From Vicugna vicugna (Eukaryota), in the NCBI GenBank assembly GCA_013265495.1, contig MU057703.1, forward strand, positions 172,498 to 198,949: a DNA stretch of 26,452 nt. The letters run 5' to 3'. The notes under the pieces were generated by a model. That model worked only from the letters and a program-made list of their open reading frames with translations, was not told the DNA's origin and ran no database searches. Positions within the stretch are counted from its first letter, which is position 1, and each line of letters starts with the position of its first letter. Made by a program: the position numbers and the translations under genes. Below, in pieces: positions 1-10,578 of the stretch.

Positions 1-99
1 ATATTTTGACTACTAGTAGAAATATTATGTAACTAATTAACATGCTATTTAGTTTACATATAATAAACTAGAACTAGCATGGTCTAGTAGAGTGAGCCC

Positions 100-138
100 T
101 TGGTGTTGTCAAGGATTAATTAAGATAACATATGTAAA
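100..138 (+). mobile_element. MIR SINE 3' fragment
   Basis: gtgttgtcaaggattaattaagataacatatgtaaa resembles MIR gttgtgaggattaaatgagataatgcatgtaaa. Confidence 0.55.
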
Positions 139-199
139 TTGATTTCCCCTTCTTTTCTCTTTAACGGGCCAGATATGTGTTATTTATCTTCTTACACAG

Positions 200-232
200 A
201 ATAAAATTATCCACCTTAATTTGATGCCCAAG
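200..232 (+). pseudogene. Candidate relic exon (33 nt, phase 2>2): IKLSTLI*CP(R)
   Basis: Acceptor tttatcttcttacacag; GC-type donor AAG|gcaaga; TGA at 222-224 in the frame that joins the next exon. Confidence 0.4.
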
Positions 233-471
233 GCAAGAAATTTTTTCCACATTGTAGATGATTATTATGTAGCATGAGTCTAATTGTTGCTGCCCTATTT
301 TTATAACGTGTCATTCTGTAATCACATCAGTGATTTAATGTTTCTAATCATTTACATTTTTAAGCCTCCGGTATTATGAATATTTTACATAGTAATTGAT
401 TTATGTTTATGTACTCAGAATATTTCAAGTTCAAAACAAAATGCTCTTTTGGTGTTTTGAGAGTTTTATAG

Positions 472-519
472 GCAACTAAATGAGAAATTCGCTGCAATTT
501 TCAATTCTGCACCTACCAA
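472..519 (+). pseudogene. Candidate relic exon (48 nt, phase 2>2): QLNEKFAAIFNSAPT(K)
   Basis: Acceptor gttttatag, donor CAA|gtgaat; only the phase-2 frame is open. Confidence 0.5.
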
Positions 520-530
520 GTGAATATCTT

Positions 531-894
531 TGTACTAGTCAGCTTGGGCTGCCAGAGCAAAATGCCATAAACTGGGTGGTTTACACAGCAGAAAGTTATT
601 TTGTCACAATTCTGGAGGCTGGGAAGTCCAACACCATGGTTGGGTTCTGGTGGGGACTCTCCTCTACCTTGTAGATGGCCACTTTTCCATGGTGTCCTCA
701 CATGCCAGAGCGAGAAGCGAACAGGCTCTCTAGTGTGTCTTCTTATAAGGGCACGAATCCCATCATGAGGGCACCACATCCATGACCTCATTGAAACCCA
801 TTCATCTCCCAAAGGCCCCATCTCCAAATATCATCACTTTGGGGGTGAGGGCTTCAACATATAAGATTGGGGGAGATACTTCAGTCCAGAGTGG
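531..894 (-). mobile_element. ERVL-MaLR solo LTR, MLT1A/MLT1A0-like, near full length
   Basis: Diagnostic tgtactagtcagcttgggctgcc...actgggtggttta...tctggaggctgggaagtccaa...cttataagggcac.aatcccatcatgagg...ctcccaaaggcccca...ttcagtcca; candidate 5-bp TSD atctt/acctt. Confidence 0.9.
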
Positions 895-1079
895 ACCTTA
901 AACTAAAGTAAAAATGAGTTGGAGTATAATTGCAAGAGGTTACCACCATTTAGATTTCTGGTTGGAAGGTGGCCCTTTACAGCCGCTTCAAAGTTATGTT
1001 TTCTCTATGGAAGCTCTACATCATAAAATTTTGCATCCAGGAAGACTATGAGTTCTGGGGGTTTTTGTTTGTTTTGTTT

Positions 1080-2130
1080 GTATTATGAGTTATCATATGT
1101 ACAAAACTAGACAGAAAAGTTAGTAAACACTTATGTACACCTGACCCAGTTTCAACAGTTATCAACTCAGTGTGAATGTGGTGTTCTCTTTATCTCACTC
1201 ACTGGTACACGACTTGCCTCAGATCTGGAATCAACCATTGTCTCCAAGTTTTATGAGTCCTTTTTATTTTAAGTCTTTAATTTTGTTGCTAGGGCATTTT
1301 TACTACTGCTGGGTTGATAATTTTGTTTGTTTGTTTGTTTGTCTTTTTTCATTTGACAGAGTAGGATAAATATGTTTTGTCTTGATTCTGAAAATCACTT
1401 GTATTATTGGTTGATACTGATTCTTACAATTGGAATTCAAGACTGGAAGAATTTTAGTTAATCTCTTCTATCTTGTATTCTCCCCTGTCAAGAATCCCTA
1501 TGTCAGGAAAATTAGGGATGATAAGTTTATATGATCACAAAATCACACATTTATTTCTTGCAATATTATGCTCACAACAGTGTCTGTTATGCCAACACTA
1601 CCACCAACATTATTATTACTGATGGAATGTAATTTTTTGGCGGTTCTTTTGCCTGTAGATTAATAGCCCATGAAAGATTTGCAGTCAAATTACTGTGTGT
1701 ATTTTTAAAAAGATTTTTGTTATGAAAAGAAAGGGAGATCTACCATCTTCACAATTTTTATGTCTACAATACAATATTGTTAATATAGAACACTGCTGTG
1801 CAGCAGGGGTCTAGAACCTGTCCATCTTGCATAATTGGGACCTCATGCCGGCTGATTAGCAGCTTCTTATCTGGAAGAGTTTCAGTGTGGTCGTACTGCT
1901 CATCGGGTACACATTTGGAATCACTGGTTTCATTTTATTTTTAATTTTAGATACTTCTGTTTGAAATGTGGATTTATTTTATAGTTACCTGAAATATTTA
2001 CATGGGTCAGTGACAATAATACAAAACAAATTTTATTTTAAAAAAAACTAGTTTGTAGCTCATGCTACACTTTATTCTTTCCATCCCCTTATTTATTAAA
2101 AAATAGTTTTTACTTACAGTGTTTGCTGTA
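1080..2130 (-). mobile_element. Old L1 3' region (L1MC4/L1MC5-like), interrupted by an L1MA fragment
   Basis: acccagtttcaacagttatcaactc; tctggaatcaaccattgtctccaag; gatactgattcttacaattggaattcaagac; cagtcaaattactgtg resemble L1MC 3' UTR antisense. Confidence 0.65.
1715..1868 (-). mobile_element. L1MA9/10-like 3' fragment nested in the older L1
   Basis: tacaatacaatattgttaatatagaacactgctgtgcagcag...ctagaacctgtccatcttgcataa is typical L1MA 3' end antisense. Confidence 0.7.
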
Positions 2131-2224
2131 CATACACATGCAGATGAATAGTAGCAATAGATAGAATATATATTTATAGAATATATATATATGGGGGGAA
2201 AGAGAGAAATGCTATTGAAATGAC

Positions 2225-2480
2225 AATCTGATTTTCTTTCTGTAGGTCACTTGGTCATTTTATATGGATGCCCCAAATCCATTTTTTTTCCTTTTTTTAA
2301 AATCTGATCATTTTACTCGGATGTTTTGTTGGGGTAGATAATTTTCCATTGTATGCAGTATGACCTTTCAAAATATAGTTTCAAATATTTTCTCCATTTT
2401 TCAGGAAATGTTTTTGAATATTTCAGAAAATGTTTTGAATATTTTAGTTTTTGGTATTTGTTCTGTGTGTTGTTTTTATT
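2225..2480 (-). mobile_element. HAL1-like (half-L1) fragment
   Basis: tctgatttt...tcacttggtc...ggatgccc...ttttactcggatg...cctttcaa...tttcaggaaa resembles HAL1 antisense. Confidence 0.55.
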
Positions 2481-2659
2481 TTATAAGGATATAAATGAGC
2501 TACAGTAGAAATTATTCAGTTAATAGTCATTAACATAAAGTTTACCACATGGGGTCGGTTTTGGCCAATATAATCAGGATCTTACTGGTTCTAATTAGAT
2601 GTGTGTCACACAGCATTTCCTCTTTGATCTCGTAGTCAAAGCCTAGGGATGTACTCTGT

Positions 2660-2910
2660 TACCTGGCTTCCCCAAATTCAACTTTACCCAAACTAGTTAC
2701 CCAGAACATTGCAAAGCTTCCTTGGAAAAATAATTACTCTGTCAAATAAGTTTAGAAAACAATCTACATTAGTCAAATTTAACAATTTTTCGAAAATGTA
2801 ATAATCTTCAGAGAAGAATACTCATAGCATTTCACAAATGTATTTTGACAGGTAACCTTTTGCACATAAAGAAGATCTCTAAGTGAAATATAATTTGGAA
2901 GACATTGATT
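2660..2910. mobile_element. Degenerate hAT-Charlie-like DNA transposon fragment
   Basis: ttcccaaa...gtcaaataagtttagaaaac...agcatttcacaaatgtattttgac...tttggaagacattg, TIR-like motifs. Confidence 0.35.
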
Positions 2911-3569
2911 TAATTCATTTGTTGTGGAACTGTCAATAAATTTATCTAAACAGTCATTTTTTAGTATTTCCCATTCATACCGATTGTTAGAAAAATATAC
3001 TCTGTAAATTAGTGTAGTAATACTTTCTTTTACTTAAAATACTTAATTTTCTCATAAAATAGTATCAAAATTTCTCAAGAAATTATGATAATATAAGATT
3101 TATTCTTTTCTCAGTACTCACTGGAATACTTCTGCTCAGTAATCTATAATTTTCTTTTTTCTTTTTGCTCTGTAAAGTGTAAAGTTTTAGCAAACTATTT
3201 CTAAAATGTGTGATTCAGTTGGTTTTGATTACTAGCCCTCAACTTGACACTGAACACATGGCATTAGAACATATGTTGAGTTATGTGTTATTTCTTGGAT
3301 GGATGACTTTAAAATATTCTGAAGAGTAAGACTGGTTTTTTACTATTGATTTATAGAAGTTGCAAAATATGACTATTATGTATTGATTTCATTATTATTA
3401 TTTTAAACTTGCTAGTTTTTACATTAGCTAGAATTTTTTTTTCTTTTTTCTGTCTGGGTTTTGGGAGCTCTTCGTTTATTCATTGAATAATCATTAAAAG
3501 CTAAAATCATAGAGAAATGAGAATATTGTTTTGAATATGCTTAATTTCTAAGCGTAATCAAACTTTCAG

Positions 3570-3589
3570 ACTAACACCAGAATTTTAAC
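3570..3589 (+). pseudogene. Candidate relic micro-exon (20 nt, phase 2>1): LTPEF*(R); 5' boundary uncertain (alternatives 3553 or 3458)
   Basis: Acceptor aactttcag, good donor AAC|gtaagc; TAA at 3586-3588. Confidence 0.45.
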
Positions 3590-3809
3590 GTAAGCTGAGT
3601 GGCATGTGGGATAACGGACTGCTCCGTGGTATTTGCTAGCATCACTTCTTACCATGAGTGTTGACTCACATGGACACCACAAGACTTCCAGACTTGATGC
3701 TTTTGATTCCTCTTTAATTCATAATCAAGCTCAGCTGTATTACCCTTTGGGCTACTACAATTAAGCATATATTTAACTTGAACTCGGCTTTTTTGCTTTT
3801 CTTTGACAG

Positions 3810-3858
3810 GGATACTGAGTACCAGCATCAAGGATTTCACTTTTGTAAATACAAAAAG
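3810..3858 (+). pseudogene. Candidate relic exon (phase 1>2): ILSTSIKDFTFVNTK(R); alternative end 3870
   Basis: Strong acceptor ttttttgcttttctttgacag; donors AAG|gtcact (3859) or AAG|gtagcc (3871), both phase 2; open frame. Confidence 0.55.
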
Positions 3859-4056
3859 GTCACTTCTAAGGTAGCCATTTACAATTTCCAAAGAGGAGGA
3901 AATTTGCTTAAACTATCACACAAGAAAGACTTAGGGCAAACCCTCGACATTTTAGGTAGTTCATTCGTCAGTGATGGACTTCTAAGTGCACTCTTAAACT
4001 TTGTAGGTAAAACTCAAGATGAGAGAGAAAAGAATTGGTCCATGGGCACACACTAA

Positions 4057-4285
4057 TCTGAGAGGACAGATTAGTATTTTAAATGATCTTGAAAATTCAG
4101 AGAAATGATCAGAATTTATACAACATAAAATTCCCACTTGAGCAGAAAAATTATCTGCAATATTAGAAATGAGTAATACATGCAGTCACAGAAAATGAGC
4201 ATGGGTTCAAAATAAAACAAAACAAAGCAAAAAAGTAATTCTGCTTATGTAGTGTCCAAGGATGAATACTCTATTGCATATAATA
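4057..4285 (+). mobile_element. L3/CR1 LINE fragment
   Basis: gaggacagattagtattttaaatgatcttga...aaaattcccacttgagcagaaaaattatctgcaa resembles the CR1 ORF2 C-terminal region. Confidence 0.5.
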
Positions 4286-4349
4286 GTGAGAAGAATGGAC
4301 TTGTGTGTAAGGAGCTCAGTTTGAATCTTTACTCTTTATATATAAGAAC

Positions 4350-4864
4350 TGACAGAGAGCCTGCTCTGTGCTGTACCGTGTGCAGCATGGTGAGTAAAAT
4401 CAATCATCATCCCTTGTCTTCTATGGCTTATGTCTAGTGGATGAGACAGAAATTAATCACATAATAATAATAAAAATACTTAGTTAAATAGTGAGATGAG
4501 TGTTCTGAAGGCAAATAAGATCAGATTATAATACTGAATATTAAAGGAGCCTTAACCTTGTTTAGTAGATCTTTATTAAGTAAATGAGGCGAGGTGGGAG
4601 GAAGTCTTGCAGCTAAGAATATTCCAGAGTGGAAAAAAAATAGTAAGAGCAAATGTTTCGTGGAGGGAAGGAGCATAGTGTATTAGGAGAACAGAAAGAA
4701 GGCAATGGTGGCCAGTGTGCAGGGAAAGAAAAGAAAATGGAAACAATGTGATGTTAAAGAGGTGACTGATCACGGAAGGCTTGCTGGGGCATGGTAAGGA
4801 TTTTGATCTTTGTTCAAGGAGCCAAAGAACGAAAGGAGGAAAACAGAGTGGGGCTTCAGAAGGA
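4350..4864 (-). mobile_element. L2 LINE, 3' part
   Basis: gagcctgctctgtgc...cccttgtcttctatggcttatgtctagtgg...gcatggtaaggattttgatctttgttc. Confidence 0.75.
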
Positions 4865-5328
4865 TGTACCATTGATAGCTATGCATTGAAAAGCACATGT
4901 ATTTACTGTGAATAGATTGCATTATTCTGAAAATCTCAGTGGTTTGCAAGAATACTGATTTCTTGCTCGTGGGTCTGGCATTGCCTGCGACAGCTTTGCT
5001 CCAAGCTTCAGACTCCAAGCCTGGAGTCTCTCAGAATTTCTCGTTAGGGATTAAGTATTTACCTGGGCATGCCTTTCTTATAGCCAGAGGTGGAGGAGGT
5101 GTGGGTGGTGGGTAGGAGTCGGGGAAAGGGATAGCATGAACCCAGCGAAAATAGGCAAACACTTTTAAAGGCTTTGCTCAGACGGCCCGTTCGCATCTCC
5201 TCACACCAATGCTTCCATTAGCCAATGTGGTCAAGTTCAAAATTCATAGAGTAGGAAACATGCTCCTTCTATACAGAGGCTGGAGGTAGGAAGTAATGAT
5301 TTAGTGAACAATGATATAATCTACCAAA
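4865..5328 (-). mobile_element. ERVL-MaLR LTR, MLT1K/MLT1L-like
   Basis: aaatctcagtggttt...tttcttgctc...acctgggcatg...aaacacttttaaaggctttgctc...ccattagccaa...gaacaatgatataatctacca. Confidence 0.7.
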
Positions 5329-5358
5329 GAGCTTTTCTGGAAACCATGGGCTGGAAGT

Positions 5359-5620
5359 ATGAAAGAAAAATTACCCTGGGCCAGTAAAACAGGCAAAGAA
5401 GACTTTATTCAAGACTCTTGCTACGAAGAGAGAAACTTGCAATGGGGGAAGGAAAGAGGAAGAATTTACAACTGCAGGTCTTTTTAAAGCAAATGCTCTA
5501 AGAAAAGGAAGGTGGGGGCCTATAGAAAGAAAGCTATCTAACGTTTAATCAGGCTGAGAGGAACTTTAAGACTGTCCTTAAGGTTCTGACGAACAAGCTT
5601 ACAGTTGGAAGCATCTCAGA
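5359..5620 (-). mobile_element. ERV1-type LTR fragment (MER31/MER67-like)
   Basis: tgaaagaaaaatta...acaggcaaagaagactttattcaagact: terminal TG and antisense AATAAA. Confidence 0.5.
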
Positions 5621-5669
5621 AATATCCTTTATACTCCCTTTCTTCATGAACTTATACACTCCAGGCATT

Positions 5670-5955
5670 GTTTAATTTCTTCTTTGAACCACTTAGCAGC
5701 ATTTTCTTAAATTCCCAACATCTGCAGATTTGTTAGCTATCTTTTTGTTACATTTCCATTGAGATAAGAGAACACATTCTACTTGATTTATGAGTCTTTA
5801 TGGTCCAGCATAAGAACAATATTTATAAATGTTCCATCGATGTTTTAAAAAATGTATATTTGCAGTAACTTGATGCAGTGCTTCATATTATATATTTTAG
5901 GTCACACATATAAAGATAATATGTTAATACATGTATTAAGATATTAGGTCAACTG
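5670..5955 (-). mobile_element. Old L1M ORF2 (endonuclease region) fragment
   Basis: agagaacacattc...tttatggtccagcata...tttataaatgttcca...aatgtatatttgcag. Confidence 0.65.
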
Positions 5956-5969
5956 AGCATACTGCTAAC

Positions 5970-6545
5970 GAGGCTTGATAATGTGTGGGGGAGAATACAG
6001 CTAATAAAGGAATCTAGAATAACTAGATTTTTGTTTTATGGCTTGAGTTACAGTGTGAATGGTGATGTTGTTTTCTGAAGAGAAGACTCAGAAGGGAACT
6101 AGTTGGAAGAACAGGTCAAGTTTGACCACTCTAAGTTCAGATGCCTATTATAACATCCAAGTAGAAATGTCAGTGCTGCAGTCAGAGCTTAGATCTCAAG
6201 GGAAAAGGTGGAAATGGATATAAAGACTAGGGAGTTATATAAATGATCCTAAGAAGAGTGGATTTAAAGAGGTCATGTTGTGGGGAGGGGTTTGGACAGA
6301 GAAGAACCCTAAAGTATTCCAACTTCAGAGATAAAACAAAAGGTGAAATGTGAGCAGGAAGAAGTGGTTAGGAAAGCAAAAGAAAAATCCTAACAGCCTG
6401 GCTAATAGAATCAAGGAAAAGTGTGCTTCAGAATGAAGCGGTTCACTTTGTTGAATGCTCCCAAGAGGGTAGGTTGTATGAGAATAGAAGTGTGACTATT
6501 GATTTTGATAACCTAAGACCTCTGGTAACCTTAACAAGAACAGTT
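5970..6545 (-). mobile_element. L2 LINE, continuation of 4350-4864
   Basis: ggaatctagaataact...ttatggcttgag...ttcagatgcctattataacatccaagtagaaatgtc...ggtaaccttaacaagaacagt. Confidence 0.75.
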
Positions 6546-6619
6546 AAAAAAAAGTTATTTAACATTTATCCATAGTTTGTGCCAATAGAAAATTTAATCA
6601 TGAATGAATGAATGAATGG

Positions 6620-7530
6620 TGAAAAACTATGGTTTATGCCTTGACTCATAGTTTTGAAGGGAGTTAAGACATGCAAAACAAATCAAAATAAAATTTTGCA
6701 AATCCTATGCAAAAGGTGTATCCAGTGGTATGGAAGATAGAGACAACGGTGGCCAGTTTAGCTTGGGGAAGCTTTCAGAGAAGGAAAGGTTTTACAGGCT
6801 GAGGCTTGAAAAGTGTCTAGACAGATACTGGAGCAAAGAGCTTTCCAAAGGCACTGAAGAGTAGATTTAAAGGTCCAGAGGCAGGACATTTAATGAGATA
6901 CTTAAAGAACTGTACCATCAACTTCTGAGATAAGTAGAAATGTATGTGATGGGGAGAGTGGTCATGACTGTATGGTGCTATGGGCATTTAGTAGGGGGCA
7001 GGGATACTAAATTTCCTGGAATCTTTGGTGGATTCTCCTGCTCAATTTATCCAGTAAGCCCCAAAGGGGCATTTCTAAACAGAGAAACGCTATAGTACAG
7101 TATGATACATGGCTGATGAGGATGAGAAGAGAAGCTGGAAAGCAGGGATGAAATCCAATATGACAAATGTTTTAGAAGTAGAATCCATTTAATTTGGCAA
7201 CTGATCAGACAGGTCTGAGATCAGGCAAAGTTGTGCCTGCCACATCTGAGACATGAATCCTTGTGTGGGTAGCAGTTCTTTTCAATCAGAAAGAAATACA
7301 GGGACAGAAGCAGATGTCATTGAGTGGGAGATGTTGAGTTTGTTTTGAAACAGGCCAAGGGGTTTGTGGGAAATACCCAACTATGATGTCCAGTAGATGA
7401 TTAAAAATAAGAATGTGGACTTCAGAAGAGAGATTGAGAACAGAAATAGAGTTGAAAATCATATGTTCCTATTAATGAAAACCCAGAGTGGGTAACATTT
7501 TTCAGTAAGAGTTAGTAGAATGAAGAGGAA
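6620..7530 (-). mobile_element. Second L2 copy with MER20-like insertion (about 6940-7070); (TGAA)n at 6601-6617
   Basis: gctttcagagaagg...gctgaggcttgaa...tttggcaactgatcaga...atgttgagtttgttttgaaac; internal tgctatgggcatttagtagggggcagggatactaaa. Confidence 0.6.
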
Positions 7531-7598
7531 AGAGAAATTAATCAAGAAAAAATAAAATTTAAGAATTTTACATGCTTTATTCAAAATTCTTTTGCCAT

Positions 7599-7652
7599 GC
7601 AAAACTTGTCTGCGTTTTATAAAGTTATCTTAAGGAAAGCTAACATAGTGAT
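7599..7652 (+). pseudogene. Candidate relic exon (54 nt, phase 2>2): QNLSAFYKVILRKANIV; acceptor mutated
   Basis: Donor GAT|gtaagg; pyrimidine tract ends ttcttttgccat (AT instead of AG); open frame. Confidence 0.45.
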
Positions 7653-7918
7653 GTAAGGAACTGTGCATTTTTATATATACTCAATAAAAGTATTTGGGAA
7701 TTTCTACTTTATTTTACACAATGTCTACTCTGGTAATTACTAGTGGTCAAATAATACTATGATGTAAAATGTTTACTCTTCAATTATTCTTTAATAATGG
7801 AATTGTTTTATGTTTAGAGTTCATTCTTTTCATGTTACTTAAATACTACTTGGAAAGTTATGAAACTAAGATAATTTTTCATCCACTTTTCTGATTTTTT
7901 TCCTGTTTTTCTTTGAAG

Positions 7919-8037
7919 TAAAAATAACTTGAAAGTATTCTTTTTAATGAATTAACTTTCCTAACCCAGTGCATTGTAAGGATCAGTTATATTTCTTCAG
8001 TCGTTGAATTCATTTTCCTAAGAGGGAAAATCTTAAT
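7919..8037 (+). pseudogene. Candidate relic exon with 1-nt frameshift: KNN/LESILFNELTFLTQCIVRISYISSVVEFIFLRGKIL
   Basis: Strong acceptor ttttttcctgtttttctttgaag, donor AAT|gtaaga; 119 nt (120 would be phase 2>2); 36 open codons from 7928. Confidence 0.45.
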
Positions 8038-8128
8038 GTAAGAAATGATTTCATTGCAGTGTCTTAATTTATCATTTTCTATTTCTAAAGACAGATGGTA
8101 ATAATTTTGACATTAATTTTCTCTCCAG

Positions 8129-8167
8129 TGCAGATGGAGATTGGCTTTACAACATTACTTCATATTC
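8129..8167 (+). pseudogene. Candidate relic exon with frameshift: ADG/IGFTTLLHI(L), EF-hand loop and exiting helix-like
   Basis: Acceptor ttttctctccag; weak donor TTC|gtattc; needs an indel near 8139 to join both neighbours. Confidence 0.4.
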
Positions 8168-8316
8168 GTATTCTACTTTGTTATTTGTAAATTCCTCATG
8201 ACATTGTGTAACATTTTGTAATTTATAAATTATTTATAGTTGCTACCACTTGGTGACATGGGAATTAATAATCCTGTTTTATGGAAAAGGACACTTTAAA
8301 TGAGAAGTCAGTTGTG

Positions 8317-8803
8317 ATATATTTATATGATGGAATACTACTCAGCCATAAAAAATAAAATGTCATTTTCAGCAACATGGATGGACCTGGAGATTGTCGT
8401 TCTAGGTTAAGTAAGCCAGAAAGAGAAAGAAAAATACTATATGCTATCACTTATATGTGGAATCTAAAAAAAATTTTAAAAGACCCAAGTGAACTTATTT
8501 ACAAAACAGAAACAGACTCACAGACGTAGAAAACTAACTTATGGTTACTGGTGGGGAAGGGAGTAGGAACAGATAAATTGGGAATTCAAGATTTGCAGAT
8601 AATAACTATTATACATAAAATAGATGTACAACAATGTTGTACTATACAGCACAGGGAACTCTATTTGATATCTTATAGTGACCTATAATAAAAAAGAATA
8701 TGAAAACAAATATATATATGTATAACTGAACCATTATGCTGTACACCAGAAACTGACACATTGTAAACTATATTTCAATAAAAAATCTTAAAATTAAAAA
8801 AAA
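8317..8803 (+). mobile_element. Young 5'-truncated L1 (camelid/cetartiodactyl-type 3' end) with poly(A) and 12-bp TSD
   Basis: ORF2 end (atggaatactactcagccataaaaa...gcaacatggatggacctggag), 3' UTR (acagcacagggaact...tgctgtacaccagaaa), A-rich tail; TSD aagtcagttgtg at 8305-8316 and 8804-8815. Confidence 0.92.
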
Positions 8804-9234
8804 AAGTCAGTTGTGCAGCTCATAAGGATAGAGGGCCCTCAGATCGGCTCCTCCTCCTCTACCTCCAGATATCTTTGACCACACCTGAGCAGTTTCAAAA
8901 TATATTTTTGTTGAAGCACTTGCTTGTACTTCTCTTCCAAATTGCTTGTGAACACATAATAAGTTAGAAAATCATATGATTTAAAGAAAATGGTCATGGC
9001 ATGATTGAGTCCATCATCACATCCCATCCCTGAATTTTTTATTATACTAGGTACAAGGATCTCCTATGAGACCGAACCATGTACTACATTTCAGCATGCA
9101 TGAGGTCCTGTTTTCAACATCCAGTGCCTCTATTAAAGTAAATAAATAAATAGTGTGATTTTAAATAAATAAATAAATTACAGAGTCACACTGTCGTGCT
9201 TCTGTGTGGACATATAAACAATTTATTACTTTAG

Positions 9235-9274
9235 TTGTGGATTCAAAACTTTTTTTTTAAACCTTAAAATTAAA
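9235..9274 (+). pseudogene. Candidate relic exon (40 nt, phase 1>2): VDSKLFF*TLKL(K)
   Basis: Acceptor tttattactttag, donor AAA|gtaagt; TAA at 9258-9260 at the end of a T9 run. Confidence 0.55.
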
Positions 9275-9659
9275 GTAAGTGTAATAATTCCGTCAAGGTA
9301 AAATTAAGTAGTTATAATTGTATCTTCATCTCAAGCACACGAACAATTTAATTATTATTAATAATGGGAGAAGAATAGCATTATATTAAATTGGACCTCC
9401 TAGTAAACATGATTTCAATACTACTAAATCCACACAAAAAAATTGTGATTCTTTTGGAAGTAGTAGCAGAATATAAAGTGCATCTCACATTTCCTCGTGG
9501 CTGACAATTAATATTCCATTTATAAGGGAGGACAAACAATAAAGTTGTAGATTTAGTGTTTAAGGATATTTACACCAACATTTATGAATTGAGCTGTAGT
9601 TTCTCTACAATTAACCAATTAAAATGAAACAAGTGGCAAGTTTAAGGACTTGTTTAGCT

Positions 9660-9845
9660 AGATATAGTGTATAAGATCTTTATTTAAAAATTTAATTTTT
9701 TATTCATCATGGATTTTTGCATCAATTCTAATGTTTTGGAATATTACATTATATGTTGTTTATCTTGATTACTGATTTTTGGAAGCTCCCCTTAAATTGT
9801 GATTGGGGTAGATGCCTTATTTTTGTCACCAGGATTCTGGCCCTG
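9660..9845 (+). mobile_element. hAT DNA transposon, MER96B-like 3' part
   Basis: tttatcttgattactgattttt...ccccttaaatt...tgcctt...ggccctg terminus. Confidence 0.65.
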
Positions 9846-10578
9846 GGCTGTTTTTGGATATTTTTAAGGCAGTAATAAATTTAATATTTGTGGATGTATA
9901 CCTCTAGGAAGATTTTCATCCTTAGCCTGTTATCTGAATTAGTTGTCTGTAAATATCGCTTTGACGCAACACTAGTAGGAAAAAAAGAAAGAGAGGACTG
10001 TATATTGAGGGGAGAAGACCTTCAGAACCGTATTGCAGAGAGGTGAAAAGAGCTCTGTTAGGTTGTTTTGAACTCTGGTACAGTGTTCTCTCTAGAGGTC
10101 ATGAAACTGAAACCATAACCCCATCACATTTGGAGAAACCCTGAGCCTTAGTTATGCCAAGCTTTGTACTGCAATAAATATTGCCAACTCATTCTGCTTT
10201 ATGAAGCGATCAAATTACCTCAGTACCTCAAAGGACGTCAGAGTTACCTGGAGAGAGGTCCCTTGGGGCAGGTTCTTCATAACCCCAGGTATTCTGGTTA
10301 GGCAGACGCACCAAGTCTGCTATATAGAAAAAGAATAGCTCTCCAGCCTGGTTTTTTTTCCCTCCCCCAGAAAGTTTTCAGAGCAAGTAATTAAGATCCT
10401 TTAAAGCCTTTTCTAAAGAACCATTTAGGTGCGATATTGTTTGGAACTGGAAATAAAACTAGTGCTAGAAGAATCAACTTTGTACTAAAAAGTATATAAT
10501 AAAATGAGGAATTTTCTGTATCAGATTTTTTAAAATATTGCCATTCGATTTATTGACTATATATCTTTGTATATTCAG

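Noticed and set aside
513..827. 104-aa ORF (- strand) and overlapping 480-674 ORF
   Set aside because: Lie almost entirely in the MLT1A LTR; typical chance ORFs of MaLR LTRs.
3649..4056. ORFs 3649-3891 (-) and 3778-4056 (+)
   Set aside because: The + ORF has a non-ATG start and runs through the pyrimidine tract; no recognisable protein in either. Only 3810-3858/3870 looks exonic.
4576..5018. Two - strand ORFs
   Set aside because: Inside L2 and MLT1K repeats.
8265..8450. 61-aa - strand ORF
   Set aside because: Antisense to the L1 ORF2 end; a common L1 artefact.
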